A stretch of DNA of 64,000 nt from Candidatus Versatilivorator sp. (lineage in GTDB: Bacteria; Acidobacteriota; Terriglobia; Versatilivoradales; Versatilivoraceae), in contig OZ242296.1 in the NCBI GenBank assembly GCA_965207735.1, positions 3,520,001 to 3,584,000 of the forward strand. The letters run 5' to 3'. Positions 1-9,497 of this stretch are shown piece after piece; the first letter of the stretch is position 1, and each line of letters begins with the position of its first letter. Under the pieces are notes generated by a model. It did not search any database. It was not told the origin of the DNA and saw only the letters and a program-made list of their open reading frames with translations. A program made the position numbers and the translations under genes.

Positions 1-342
1 ACCGTAGTGACCGCTAGCCCGCATTTCTCACCAGGGGGCATGAACATGGCGCAGGATTTTTCCCTTCAGCGCGTGCTCGCGACCGAAGAGCGTAGCGGTC
101 ACTACGCGCGAGGGAGCATGTGCGCGCTGAAGGGAAAAAGACAAGCCAGGGCAATGCCCAGCGCCGTCTGCTACCCGCAAGCCCTTACCATGGAGCCAAT
201 CAAGGTACTGAAGATAAACTACTTCTCGTCATGGCACCAGCGGCCTGGTGAGAAATGCGGGCTAGGCTCTTCGCTCGCGAGCACCCGCTGAGGGAAAAAT
301 TCCCGCGCCATTACCAGGCCCTCCGGGTAGAAATGCGGGCTA
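1..342 (-). mobile_element. Older diverged copy of the same MITE, opposite orientation, interrupted by copy A and cut by the window edge
   Basis: Joining 1-13 + CTAG + 266-342 gives cgtagtgaccgctaggctcttcgctcgcgagcacccgctgagggaaaaa...agaaatgcgggcta, which aligns with the reverse complement of copy A and with 38937-39026. Confidence 0.85.
14..265 (+). mobile_element. MITE copy A (~246 bp plus CTAG/TA target duplication)
   Basis: Perfect 22-bp inverted repeats CTAGCCCGCATTTCTCACCAGG (14-35) / CCTGGTGAGAAATGCGGGCTAG (244-265). Near-identical copy at 37913-39026 and a deleted copy at 59143-59274. No transposase ORF. Confidence 0.92.
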
Positions 343-1024
343 ATCGCCGTGACTTGCGATGTTTCAGGATCAGGACCAGGCCGGCGACGAAGCCGCCGAT
401 ATGGGCCCACCAGGCCGTGCCTCCCATGGAGAGATCCCCGCTCGTCAGGGAAAGGGCGCCGTTGAAGAATTGCAGCAGAAACCACAGTCCCAGGAATATC
501 ACGGCCGGCAGCCGCACCAGGTAAAAGAAGAACAAGATGGGGACGAAGGTGAGAACCCGGGCTCCGGGGAATAGAACCAGGTAGGCGGCCAGCACCCCGG
601 AGATGGCGCCACTGGCGCCGATCATGGGAATGCGCGAGCCGGGATGAACCGCAATCTGCAACAGGGCCGCCAGGAGCCCGCAAACCAGGTAGAAAAGCAG
701 AAAGCGCACCGATCCCAGCCAGTCCTCGACATTGTCTCCGAACACCCACAGGTAAAGCATGTTGCCCAGGAAATGCATCCAGCCGGCATGCAGGAACATG
801 GACGTAAAGAGGGGAGCCAGTCCCATCAGGAGTCCGACTTCCTGCCAGTAGCCGAAACTGAACATCGCACCGGGAACCAGTCCGAACCGGTAGAAGAACC
901 CTGTCAGCAGCGGTCCGGAGCCCAGGGACAACTGGTAGACGAACAGGGCCGCATTGACGGCAATCAGCAGCAGCGTGACCGCCGGAAAGGTCCGGGTTCG
1001 GTTGATGTCTTTCAGGGGAATCAT
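311..1024 (-). CDS. Rhomboid family intramembrane serine protease
   Basis: Hydrophobic 237 aa with HxxxxHxxxN, GASG catalytic serine and AHxGG motifs. Confidence 0.95.
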   Translation of the reverse strand: MIPLKDINRTRTFPAVTLLLIAVNAALFVYQLSLGSGPLLTGFFYRFGLVPGAMFSFGYWQEVGLLMGLAPLFTSMFLHAGWMHFLGNMLYLWVFGDNVEDWLGSVRFLLFYLVCGLLAALLQIAVHPGSRIPMIGASGAISGVLAAYLVLFPGARVLTFVPILFFFYLVRLPAVIFLGLWFLLQFFNGALSLTSGDLSMGGTAWWAHIGGFVAGLVLILKHRKSRRLARISTRRAW

Positions 1025-1066
1025 GGCGTTTCCTGGGCGAGGCCGCCTCCGGGCCTCATTCCAGGC

Positions 1067-4009
1067 TCACTCGCTCCCGGCCCTGGGCGGCCCCGCCAGC
1101 ACGAGATCCAGGGGGCCCTCACCGCAGTGTTTCAAGACCTCGGCGTAGGCTGCATCCCTCAAGCGGATCATTTCCCTCCACCCCTTTCCTCTTGGCTGGA
1201 TGGCCGGACAGACAATCACCCGGAGGGGGGCAGGCGAGGGCAGCAGCCGGCCGTCGCGGAGCACCTGCCGCGTCCCGTGAAGAGTCACAGGCAGCAGGAG
1301 GGCTCCGGTATCGACCGCCAACTTGAAGGCTCCCATCTGAAAAGGCCGCAGTCCACTGGCATGAGTGAAGGTGCCTTCGGGGAACAGGTGGACCGGCGTC
1401 CCATTCAGCAACCTCTCCTCGATACGGCGGCTATCCTGAACGGCCTCGGGCGCGTGCTCGCGGTCGACGGTGAGGTAGCCGGATCGACGAATGAAGGTGC
1501 CCACGAAGGGCCAGGAAGCGGCCTCCCGCTTGGCCACAAAGCAAAAGTCGAAGGGCAGGGCCGCCACCAACACCAGGATATCCAGATAGCTGGCGTGGTT
1601 GGAAATGATCAGCAACCGCTGCTTGCCCGAACGGTCGACCGCCGGCAGGTGCTCCAGGCCGGCCACTACCGGCCGCAGCCCCCCCAATCGGAGAGTGATT
1701 CGCGAGATCCTTCTGAGCAGGGCCGGGCCGGCACGAGGTCCGGCTCGCGCGGGCGTCAATAGCAGCAACACCCAGCAGGGAAGGCCGACCGCAACCAGGA
1801 CCATCCAGACGTAGCTGCCATAGACCCACCGCCCCGCGGCCCCGATTGCCCGGCGGCTCCGCTGTCGCAGGCTCCGGAGAGCCAGTCGAGCCACCTGCAA
1901 CCAAACCGCCGAACTCGGGGAATCGAGCTTGCCTTGCAGGTAGAGGCGGCGACAGCTGTCCCTTCGGATCTTGCCGCTGGAGGTCTTGGGGACGCTTTGG
2001 GGGGGAACCAGCACAACCTCGTCAAGAGGGATTCCCAATTCGGAGTCCATCCTCTCCCTGATGGCCGCAGCCAGCATCTCTTTCTCCTCGGGTCCGGTTC
2101 GACGCGTTTCGGCCACCAGCACCAAGCGCTCGCCCGCCATCCGTCTTCCACTGACTCCGAATGCAGCCACGCAGCCACGCCGAACGCCCTCGACATCCCC
2201 CGCGATATGTTCCAACTCCTGGGGGTAGAGATTTCGCCCTCCCTGGATGATGATGTCCTTGACCCGGCCGGTGACAAAGAGTTCCCCATCCGCCAGGTAG
2301 CCCAGGTCGCCCGTCTTCAACCAGTCGTCCTGCAAGACCTCGGCAGTGGCCTCGGCTCTTCCGAAGTAACCCTGCATGACGGAGGGCCCGCGACACTGAA
2401 TGTGGCCTTGGGTGCGGTCGGGAAGCGGGTCTCCGGCACTACTGACGATTCTTACCTGGTGTCCGGACAGTGACCGGCCGGCGGAGACAAAAGTCAGCGG
2501 CTTCACGGCTTGACCGGAGGCGGGCTTCGCCCGTCCGGTCCTTTCAAAAAGGGCCCTGTCGATGGGGTCCAGACGAGCCCTTCGGCTCAGGGGCGGGACG
2601 GTGACCGCCAGCGAAGACTCGGCCAGACCATATACCGGCAGCAGGGTTTCCGCGCGGAAGCCAAAGGGGTGAAACCGCCTCGAAAATCCCTCCAGGGTCT
2701 CGGGTTGAACCGGCTCGGCGCCGTTCAGGGTTGCCCGCAAGCAGGAGAGGTCCAGTCCCTCCAGGTCCTGAGCGTCGACCCGCCGCATGCAGAGCTCGTA
2801 GGCGAAGTTGGGCGCGGCCGAGAGAGTGGCTCGATAGCGGTGTATGGCCCACAGCCAGCGCTCCGGGCGGGTCAAGAACGCCTGGGGCGACAGGATCACG
2901 ATAGGAACGCCCAGATAGAGGCAGGAGAGCCAGGCTCCGATCAGGCCCATGTCGTGGTAGAGGGGAAGCCAGCTCACCCCCACGTCCCTTGAGTCGATCT
3001 TCAGCGCCGCCGCGATGGCCCGAATATTGGCAATCAGATTGGAATGGGTCAACACCACTCCCTTGGGGTCCCCGGTGCTCCCCGAGGTGTACTGAATGAA
3101 GGCGATGTCCTGGGGCAGGGGCCGCACCACGGTCCCGGAGGCCTTGCCCAGGCTTTCGGGAGTCACCACCTTTTCCAGGCCCGGCACCTGGCCGCGCAAC
3201 AGCCGCGCCAAGGACCCGACCTCCTGAAAGGTCACCAGCAGTCGTGCCCCCGCATCGGCCAGTATCTTGGCCTGACGCTGGGCGTATTCCTCGACGCGGT
3301 TGGCCCGCCAGGGGGGATATAGGGGCACCGGAACGGCGCCGGCCAGGATGGCGCCGAAAAAAACCGGGAAGAATTCGGGGGCGGTGGGGAGCATGAGCGC
3401 AACCCGGTCCCCAGGTTGCACACCCGCCCGCTGCCGGAGGGCCGCCGCCACCTCCGAACTGTCCGAGAGCAGGCCGGCATAGGTGATGGGACGCATCTCC
3501 CCACTCTCCAGCCGCAATTGAATGTGGACCCGCTCCGGGGCGCTCTCGGCAAAATGGAAGAGCGCTTCCTCCAGGGTGGAGGGCCAACCGCCGTCGCGGT
3601 TCCAGGCATCCACGCCTCCCGCCCGCGGACGGCCTTCCAACGTCTGCTGAATCAGGAGGGGGTCGGCGGTGTCAGTGCGGGGGGAGGGCGGTGCCGAGAT
3701 TTCGGCCCGAGATCCGGCCGTCGATACCGCCCGGACCAGGTCGCTGACTTTTTCGGCCCCGGCAAGCAGTTGGTCCGGCAACTTGAGAGAGAGCTCTCTT
3801 TCCAGTCGCAGCAGCAACTCCACCCGCTCCAGGCTGGCCAGTCCCAGCTCACGCTCCAGCGAAGCCCTCGGCGAGAGGTGGCGCAGGGCACGATGAGACC
3901 CCAGTTCAGCCAGGAAAGAACGAAGGACCCCGAGAATCTTTTCCTCCACTTCCTTCTGGTCCGGTTTCCCCGAGCCGGCAGGGGAGGATCTTGTCTCCAG
4001 GGAATTCAT
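1067..4009 (-). CDS. ACP + fatty acyl-AMP ligase + PlsC-type acyltransferase fusion
   Basis: N-terminal ACP-like LGLASLERVEL; adenylation motifs YTSGSTGDPKG, SWLPLYHDMGLIG, YGLAE, TGDLG, PKTSSGK; C-terminal NHASYLD and FPEGT. Confidence 0.92.
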   Translation of the reverse strand: MNSLETRSSPAGSGKPDQKEVEEKILGVLRSFLAELGSHRALRHLSPRASLERELGLASLERVELLLRLERELSLKLPDQLLAGAEKVSDLVRAVSTAGSRAEISAPPSPRTDTADPLLIQQTLEGRPRAGGVDAWNRDGGWPSTLEEALFHFAESAPERVHIQLRLESGEMRPITYAGLLSDSSEVAAALRQRAGVQPGDRVALMLPTAPEFFPVFFGAILAGAVPVPLYPPWRANRVEEYAQRQAKILADAGARLLVTFQEVGSLARLLRGQVPGLEKVVTPESLGKASGTVVRPLPQDIAFIQYTSGSTGDPKGVVLTHSNLIANIRAIAAALKIDSRDVGVSWLPLYHDMGLIGAWLSCLYLGVPIVILSPQAFLTRPERWLWAIHRYRATLSAAPNFAYELCMRRVDAQDLEGLDLSCLRATLNGAEPVQPETLEGFSRRFHPFGFRAETLLPVYGLAESSLAVTVPPLSRRARLDPIDRALFERTGRAKPASGQAVKPLTFVSAGRSLSGHQVRIVSSAGDPLPDRTQGHIQCRGPSVMQGYFGRAEATAEVLQDDWLKTGDLGYLADGELFVTGRVKDIIIQGGRNLYPQELEHIAGDVEGVRRGCVAAFGVSGRRMAGERLVLVAETRRTGPEEKEMLAAAIRERMDSELGIPLDEVVLVPPQSVPKTSSGKIRRDSCRRLYLQGKLDSPSSAVWLQVARLALRSLRQRSRRAIGAAGRWVYGSYVWMVLVAVGLPCWVLLLLTPARAGPRAGPALLRRISRITLRLGGLRPVVAGLEHLPAVDRSGKQRLLIISNHASYLDILVLVAALPFDFCFVAKREAASWPFVGTFIRRSGYLTVDREHAPEAVQDSRRIEERLLNGTPVHLFPEGTFTHASGLRPFQMGAFKLAVDTGALLLPVTLHGTRQVLRDGRLLPSPAPLRVIVCPAIQPRGKGWREMIRLRDAAYAEVLKHCGEGPLDLVLAGPPRAGSE

Positions 4010-4159
4010 GGAGTAGCGTCTTCCAGGCAGCTCGCCGCGGGGCCTACAGGGTTCGGTGCTGCCAATCAGCGGTTTGCGGACGATACCGCCGGCATCTTAG
4101 CACAGGTGGGTCAGCCGGACGGGCGGGCTCACCTGTCTCACCCGGGGGAGTGAACTCTT

Positions 4160-4507
4160 GAGGGATTGATGAACTTGGGAGCCGGGTTTGGGAATTGTCG
4201 GCGAAGAAAAGGTGATGCTCGCACTCAAGGAAGTGAAACAACGAATCTTCATGGCCTGTCGGGAACAAGGACCAAGTCGTGCTAAACCGGTTTTCTACTT
4301 ATTGAACATGGATACACAGGATAGACAGGATAAACGGCACGAGAGGCTGCGCCACAGGAAGCAGACCCGCTCGATGATCGGGTGGGTGTTGGAAGTGATC
4401 CAAGAGCCCGGGCGCGGGTTTTGGGAAATCCGTGTTGGAACAGAGGCGATGGTTGAACTCATGACGGTGGGAACTCTCGCCAAATAATCCTGTGCATCCA
4501 TGTCAAT
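4160..4507 (+). pseudogene. Two tandem degenerate, internally deleted GxxExxY-family relics; the second is bounded by inverted repeats
   Basis: Translations LRHRKQTRSMIGWVLEVIQEPGRGFWE..MVELMTV and (frameshifted) DELGAGF.E..EEKVMLALKEVK resemble GxxExxY motifs. IR 4301-4322 / 4487-4507. Confidence 0.6.
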
Positions 4508-4562
4508 TAGCCGTCTAACTATGCTTGACTTTGAACGGGTTTCCCGCCACGCGGCACAAGGC

Positions 4563-4763
4563 GTTGTTTCAGACAAGCCGAGCCCCCGCCCTGGTGTGCG
4601 GATCATACATAGAGTGAAACAATCAGAAATCGACCATCCCTTCGCGAACTTGGCACCCCGTCGCGGTCAACCTCAACGCCTTAGTGGCCCTTCGTCGTTC
4701 TTCGTGCCCCTTCGTGGATAAGTCTTTTTCTTTTGTCTTTTGTCGGTTGTTTCAGACAAGCCG
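4563..4763. repeat. 18-bp direct repeat flanking a second intergenic repeat motif
   Basis: GTTGTTTCAGACAAGCCG at 4563-4580 and 4746-4763. TCTTCGTGCCCCTTCGTGGATA (4699-4720) recurs inverted with 3 mismatches at 15892-15913. Confidence 0.7.
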
Positions 4764-4793
4764 GGCGCAATCACCGCAAACGGCTGGGGCCTC

Positions 4794-5999
4794 TCAGCTC
4801 GAGCTGGACGCGGCAGCCCGTGCGAGCCGGCCCAGGGCTTCGGCCCGATCGGTCTTCTCCCAACTGAACGATCCGTCCGCGCCGACAGGCCGCCCAAAGT
4901 GGCCGTAGGCGGCAGTGGCCCTGAATATCGGGCGCTTCAGCGAGAGCGCGTCGATGATTCCCTTGGGGCGAAGATCGAAGACCTCTCGAACCACCCTCAC
5001 CAGTTCCTCGCCGCCCAGCTTGCCGGTGCCGAAGGTGTCGACCAGAATCGAAACGGGACGCGCAATACCGATGGCATAAGCGAGCTGCACCTCGCATTTC
5101 GCCGCCAAGCCCGCCGCCACGATGTTCTTGGCCACATAGCGAGCCGCGTAGGCAGCGCTGCGATCCACCTTGGAAGGGTCCTTCCCCGAAAAGGCCCCGC
5201 CGCCGTGACGAGCCCAACCCCCGTAGGTGTCCACGATGATCTTGCGGCCCGTCAATCCCGTGTCCCCCTGCGGTCCTCCTCGGACAAATTTTCCCGTGGG
5301 ATTGACATAGTACCGGGTCCGATCGTCCAGCAGGTCGGCAGGGACAACGGGGCCCACAACCTGTTCCAGGACATCTTGGTAGATTTGGCCGTGAGCGACA
5401 CTGTCCTGGTGTTGGGTCGAGATGACCAGCGTATCGATGCGCGCCGGCTTGCCGTCCGCATATTCCACCGTCACCTGGCTCTTGCTGTCGGGCCGGATAT
5501 AGTCCAGGGCACCCTTTTTACGCAGCCTGGCCAGTTCCTCGACCAGCTTCTGCGCCAGAACGATAGGGGTCGGCATGAGCTCAGGAGTCTCGTCACAGGC
5601 ATAGCCGAACATCATGCCCTGGTCCCCGGCCCCCTGCTCCTTGAAAAGCCCCTTGCCCTCGGTGACACCTTGAGAGATGTCCTCCGACTGGGGATCGATC
5701 CTGACGTCTACCCGACAGCTCCCATAGTCGAAACCAACTCCACCTTCAACGTAGCCGATTTCCCGAATGGTATCTCTGACGACGCTCTCGACGTCGACCG
5801 AGTCCTTGGCCTTGGAGGTCACTTCCCCCGCAACCAGGCAATAGTCGGTGGTGACCAGCGTCTCGCAGGCAACTCGGGACTCCGGATCGGCGGCGATGTA
5901 GGCATCGACGATGGCGTCAGAAACCTGATCCGCAACCTTGTCGGGATGTCCTTCCGAAACGGCCTCACTGGTGAACAGCATCCTTTCCGTATCTGCCAT
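4794..5999 (-). CDS. metK: S-adenosylmethionine synthetase
   Basis: [26 protein letters not shown] and GGGAFSGKD signatures. Confidence 0.98.
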   Translation of the reverse strand: MADTERMLFTSEAVSEGHPDKVADQVSDAIVDAYIAADPESRVACETLVTTDYCLVAGEVTSKAKDSVDVESVVRDTIREIGYVEGGVGFDYGSCRVDVRIDPQSEDISQGVTEGKGLFKEQGAGDQGMMFGYACDETPELMPTPIVLAQKLVEELARLRKKGALDYIRPDSKSQVTVEYADGKPARIDTLVISTQHQDSVAHGQIYQDVLEQVVGPVVPADLLDDRTRYYVNPTGKFVRGGPQGDTGLTGRKIIVDTYGGWARHGGGAFSGKDPSKVDRSAAYAARYVAKNIVAAGLAAKCEVQLAYAIGIARPVSILVDTFGTGKLGGEELVRVVREVFDLRPKGIIDALSLKRPIFRATAAYGHFGRPVGADGSFSWEKTDRAEALGRLARAAASSSS

Positions 6000-6139
6000 G
6001 ACTGCCTACTCCCTCGATAGTCTCGTTACCGTCGCCGCAATCCAATGCTGCGGGTTAACCGGAAACTCGTCATATAATTCCACTTCAGCCCCGCGGGGAA
6101 CCGTTTGGCCCGGTCTCTGGCCTTGGGGCGAGCGGCTGA

Positions 6140-6169
6140 ACGATAGTCTTGGGCCTTCCGGTTTGTCAA
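6140..6169 (-). promoter_or_regulatory. Putative sigma70 promoter for metK
   Basis: TTGACA-N18-TATCGT on the minus strand. Confidence 0.45.
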
Positions 6170-6264
6170 GCCCATTGCCGTCGGGGTCGGACGGGTGGAA
6201 TAGTACTGTATCCGGCGACCCGGCGAGAAATACAGGCCAAGATCAACAAGGAGCAGACGACATC

Positions 6265-7440
6265 ATGACCCTGGATATCCAAGAAGTTCAAGAGCAGTTG
6301 AAAGCCATGAAGCTGGATGGATGGCTGCTTTACGATTTTCAAGGCCTCAATCCCATTGCCCGAAAGCTGCTAGGGCTTCAGGAAGCCCTGCTGACCAGAC
6401 GTTGGTTCTGCTGGATCCCTTCCCGCGGCCCCGTGACCTTGTTTTGCCACCGTATTGAGCGTCAAGGGTTCGAGCACCTGCCTGCGCCCACCGTGCTCTT
6501 CAGCAGTTGGGAGGAGATGCAGGCGGGTCTGGAACGTCTGCTGCAGGGAAGCACACGGGTGGCCATGGAGTATTCTCCCCATTGCTACATTCCCTACGTT
6601 TCCAGGGTGGACGCCGGCACCCTGGAGTTGGTTCGGAGTCTCGGCAAGACGGTGGTTTCCTCGGCCGATCTGGTCCAATACTTCGAGGCTCGCTGGAGCC
6701 ACCAGCAGCTCCGGAGCCACCTCCAGGCCAGTCGTCTGCTGATGGAAGTCTTGTTCGAGACCTTCCAACAGGTGGGTGAGGCCAGCCGCAACCGCGTTCC
6801 CCTCAACGAGCACCAGTTGCAACAGAGCATGTGCCAAAGGTACCGGGAACGGGGCCTGGAGTCCTCTTCCCCTCCCATTGTGGCCGTCAACCAAAACAGC
6901 GGGAACCCTCACTATGAGCCACGGGCCGGGGCCTCGGCACCCATCCGGACGGGGGACCTGCTGCTCATCGATTTCTGGGCCAAGCTTTCCACCCCGCAGG
7001 CCGTCTACGCTGACTATACCTGGGTCGCGTTCCTGGGAGAGTCGATTCCTGCAAAAGTCGTCCGGGTCTGGGACATTGTCCGGGAAGCGCGGGACCGCAC
7101 CCTCGAGTTCGTGCGTGCCAGGACCAGCCGGCGGACCGCCGTACGGGGATGGGAGGTCGACGAGGTCGCCCGCCGGGTGATCTCCCGGGCCGGGTTCGGC
7201 GAGTATTTCATCCACCGGACCGGTCACAGCATTGGAGAGTCGGACCACGGCAACGGAGCCAACATGGATGGATTGGAAACCAGGGACGAACGGCTCCTGA
7301 TTCCGCGCACCTGCTTTTCCATAGAGCCGGGGATCTACTTGCCGGATTTCGGAATCCGCAGCGAGTTGAACGTTTACCTGGGGGAGGAAGAGTTGGTGGT
7401 TACCGGGGACCCCATCCAGCAGGAGATACGCAAGATCTGA
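6265..7440 (+). CDS. M24 family (Xaa-Pro) metallopeptidase
   Basis: ATG 6265 after AAGGAG. Pita-bread metal ligands LIDFW, YADYT, HRTGHSIG, SIEPGIY, RSE. Confidence 0.92.
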   Translation: MTLDIQEVQEQLKAMKLDGWLLYDFQGLNPIARKLLGLQEALLTRRWFCWIPSRGPVTLFCHRIERQGFEHLPAPTVLFSSWEEMQAGLERLLQGSTRVAMEYSPHCYIPYVSRVDAGTLELVRSLGKTVVSSADLVQYFEARWSHQQLRSHLQASRLLMEVLFETFQQVGEASRNRVPLNEHQLQQSMCQRYRERGLESSSPPIVAVNQNSGNPHYEPRAGASAPIRTGDLLLIDFWAKLSTPQAVYADYTWVAFLGESIPAKVVRVWDIVREARDRTLEFVRARTSRRTAVRGWEVDEVARRVISRAGFGEYFIHRTGHSIGESDHGNGANMDGLETRDERLLIPRTCFSIEPGIYLPDFGIRSELNVYLGEEELVVTGDPIQQEIRKI

Positions 7441-7456
7441 ACAGCCGGGGCGGCGC

Positions 7457-8179
7457 TCAGCCCCGCCTCCGGGAGAGGCTCTTGTCCAATGCCGTCAAGC
7501 TGGCGATGAGCTTTTTTCTCTGCCCGGAGGCAAAGCGATTCATCTGCTGCAGGTCGCGAAAGAGCTGGCTGGAATCGCCCCTCACATCCTGAAAAGCCCG
7601 AAACAGTTGGGCGGGGCCGGGCGTGGCCAGGGTTTCGGAGTCCACTTTCATCCGGGAAAACCCTTGAGCCAGGAAGTGGAACAGGGCTTGGGTCCTGGCC
7701 ATGGCTCGATCATGTTCGGCAGGCGTGGTCAGGGTCGCGTTCAACCCCAGGGTTTCGAGGTACTGTTTAACTTTCGGGACCCGACTGCCCCTGCCCGGGC
7801 AGAGAACCACTTCCAAACCGGCGATCCCCTGCCGTCCCGTCTCCGGGCCGAAGAGGGGATGGGTCCCTAACACTTCGACCGACTCGGGGAAGAGTTCCAG
7901 CATGAGCCGGAGCGGCTCCTCTTTGACGGAGCAGGTATCCATGACCAGTTGGCCCGGCGTCAGCAGGGGCCCCAGGCGGCGGCACAGTCGCTCCATTTGG
8001 GAGATGGGGACGCAAAGCAGCAGGCAGGGCTTGCGGGCTACCTCACGCAGGGTGCCGCGGCAGACATCCGGATCCCCCGAGGGACTCTTGGGGTCGTAGG
8101 CGGACACCGAGAAATCCCTGCCGAGGATCCGAGCGGCAAATTGACCGAAGCTTCCAAAGCCGACGATGCCGATTTCCAC
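7457..8179 (-). CDS. Prephenate/arogenate dehydrogenase (TyrA family)
   Basis: GTG start after GGAG. Rossmann GIVGFGSFG, DTCSVK, THPLFGP, EHDRAMA motifs. Confidence 0.88.
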   Translation of the reverse strand: MEIGIVGFGSFGQFAARILGRDFSVSAYDPKSPSGDPDVCRGTLREVARKPCLLLCVPISQMERLCRRLGPLLTPGQLVMDTCSVKEEPLRLMLELFPESVEVLGTHPLFGPETGRQGIAGLEVVLCPGRGSRVPKVKQYLETLGLNATLTTPAEHDRAMARTQALFHFLAQGFSRMKVDSETLATPGPAQLFRAFQDVRGDSSQLFRDLQQMNRFASGQRKKLIASLTALDKSLSRRRG

Positions 8180-8313
8180 ACCTTCTCCCGATGAATGGCC
8201 GGGGGCATGCCCCAATGGTGGTGGTTTGCGATGACCGTCTCGATGGAGGGGTGGGGGACCCCGAGGCTGTCGATTCAAAACCCGGCGGAGGCCTGGGCGA
8301 GCGGGGGGGAGGG

Positions 8314-8354
8314 CGATTCACAGCCGGAGAGGCTCCCCGCCCGGCTGTGAATCG
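8314..8354. repeat. Intergenic 14-bp hairpin (possible terminator or REP-like element)
   Basis: CGATTCACAGCCGG (8314-8327) / CCGGCTGTGAATCG (8341-8354). Confidence 0.55.
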
Positions 8355-8376
8355 TTGGCTGAGACCGGAGAAGGGG

Positions 8377-9378
8377 CTACTTCAACTCTGCCATGGCGGC
8401 TTCCCTGATGCGGTCGAGACCGTCCAGCGACCCCCCGGTGGCGGCTTTGAAGAGGGCCTCCAGGGCGGTTGTGGCCCGGGTACCGTAGCTGCCGCCGAGC
8501 CCCTCGGCTTGGGCCAGGAGCTTCATCGCCACCCGGTTCTCCTTCAGTTGCCATTGGCTCATTCCCATGTGGTAGTAGGCCGCGGAGTCTCTGGGCTTGA
8601 ACCTCAAGCTGCTCTGGTAGTTGGCCAGCGCCGGGCGCCACCGCTTTCGATTGAAGTGATTCAGCCCAATGGTTGCATAGAGCTGGCCCCTGACCTGCTT
8701 CCAACTCTCCTCGGTAAAGCCGGGCGGCGGTTCGTCGCTGCTGTAAGCCGCCAGCATCTTTTGGGCGTAGCCGGCCGCTCGGCCGACACTCCTGCGCCGG
8801 GCGTAGTGATCGAAGAGCTTGATATTGTAGGGGAATGCCTCCTTGTCGCTTTTTCCCTCGGTCACCTTCCGGGCATAGGTCGCGAACTTATTGCCGTCCT
8901 TTAGCTTGTCGTAGCAATCGGCCAAGGCGGCGGCGATGCCCGGGGTAGGCTTCTTGGCATAGAGCTGCTCGCCATACCTGGCCGCCTTGGCGTAGTTCTT
9001 GGTGGCGTAATAGGCCTCCAGAGCTCCTCCCAGTCCTCTTTCGTCGCCCGGCAGCAGTCGAAGCAACTCCTCCGACGCGCGGCCCAACGCAGCCATGTCC
9101 TTCTTCTGGTAGAGTTCCACAACCCACTGCTGCGTGGCGCTGAGGGCTTGTTTCTGCGCGTAGTCCTTATACTGCGAGTCCGGGTGAGCCTTGACAAACG
9201 CGTTCAGCGCATCGGCCTTTGCCTTCCACCCGTTGGCCTTCAGCGCCTTGTCCAGCACGGCGTATTCCTGCCGGGCCTTCGCGTTCGGGTCCGCCTGGCC
9301 CGGTGCCGCGATCAACGAATTGACGGTCAACCCTAACCCCAGCAACAGTGTTAGAACCAAGGATGCAACTTTTTCCAT
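8377..9378 (-). CDS. Secreted tetratricopeptide-repeat protein
   Basis: GGAGG RBS, signal peptide MEKVASLVLTLLLGLGL, TPR-like helices (AAYYHMGMSQW). Confidence 0.8.
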   Translation of the reverse strand: MEKVASLVLTLLLGLGLTVNSLIAAPGQADPNAKARQEYAVLDKALKANGWKAKADALNAFVKAHPDSQYKDYAQKQALSATQQWVVELYQKKDMAALGRASEELLRLLPGDERGLGGALEAYYATKNYAKAARYGEQLYAKKPTPGIAAALADCYDKLKDGNKFATYARKVTEGKSDKEAFPYNIKLFDHYARRRSVGRAAGYAQKMLAAYSSDEPPPGFTEESWKQVRGQLYATIGLNHFNRKRWRPALANYQSSLRFKPRDSAAYYHMGMSQWQLKENRVAMKLLAQAEGLGGSYGTRATTALEALFKAATGGSLDGLDRIREAAMAELK

Positions 9379-9468
9379 GACGTCCTCCCGACGATGCTTC
9401 ATCGGCCTTGCCCTTCCCCGGCTCGCCAACGAAGAGCATTCTTTTCTGGTCTCAAACAGGTAAGGGGA

Positions 9469-9497
9469 ATTATCGGGATTTGCCGGTTGCCTGTCAA
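9469..9497 (-). promoter_or_regulatory. Putative sigma70 promoter for the TPR gene
   Basis: TTGACA-N17-GATAAT. Confidence 0.6.

Noticed and set aside
7-291. 94-aa ORF (and its twin at 38833-39120) as a protein-coding gene or transposase
   Set aside because: It is the translation of the MITE; no RBS or transposase motifs, and the ends differ between copies.
6000-6140. SAM riboswitch upstream of metK
   Set aside because: I could not find SAM-I or SAM-II consensus elements; an Rfam scan would be needed to exclude rarer classes.
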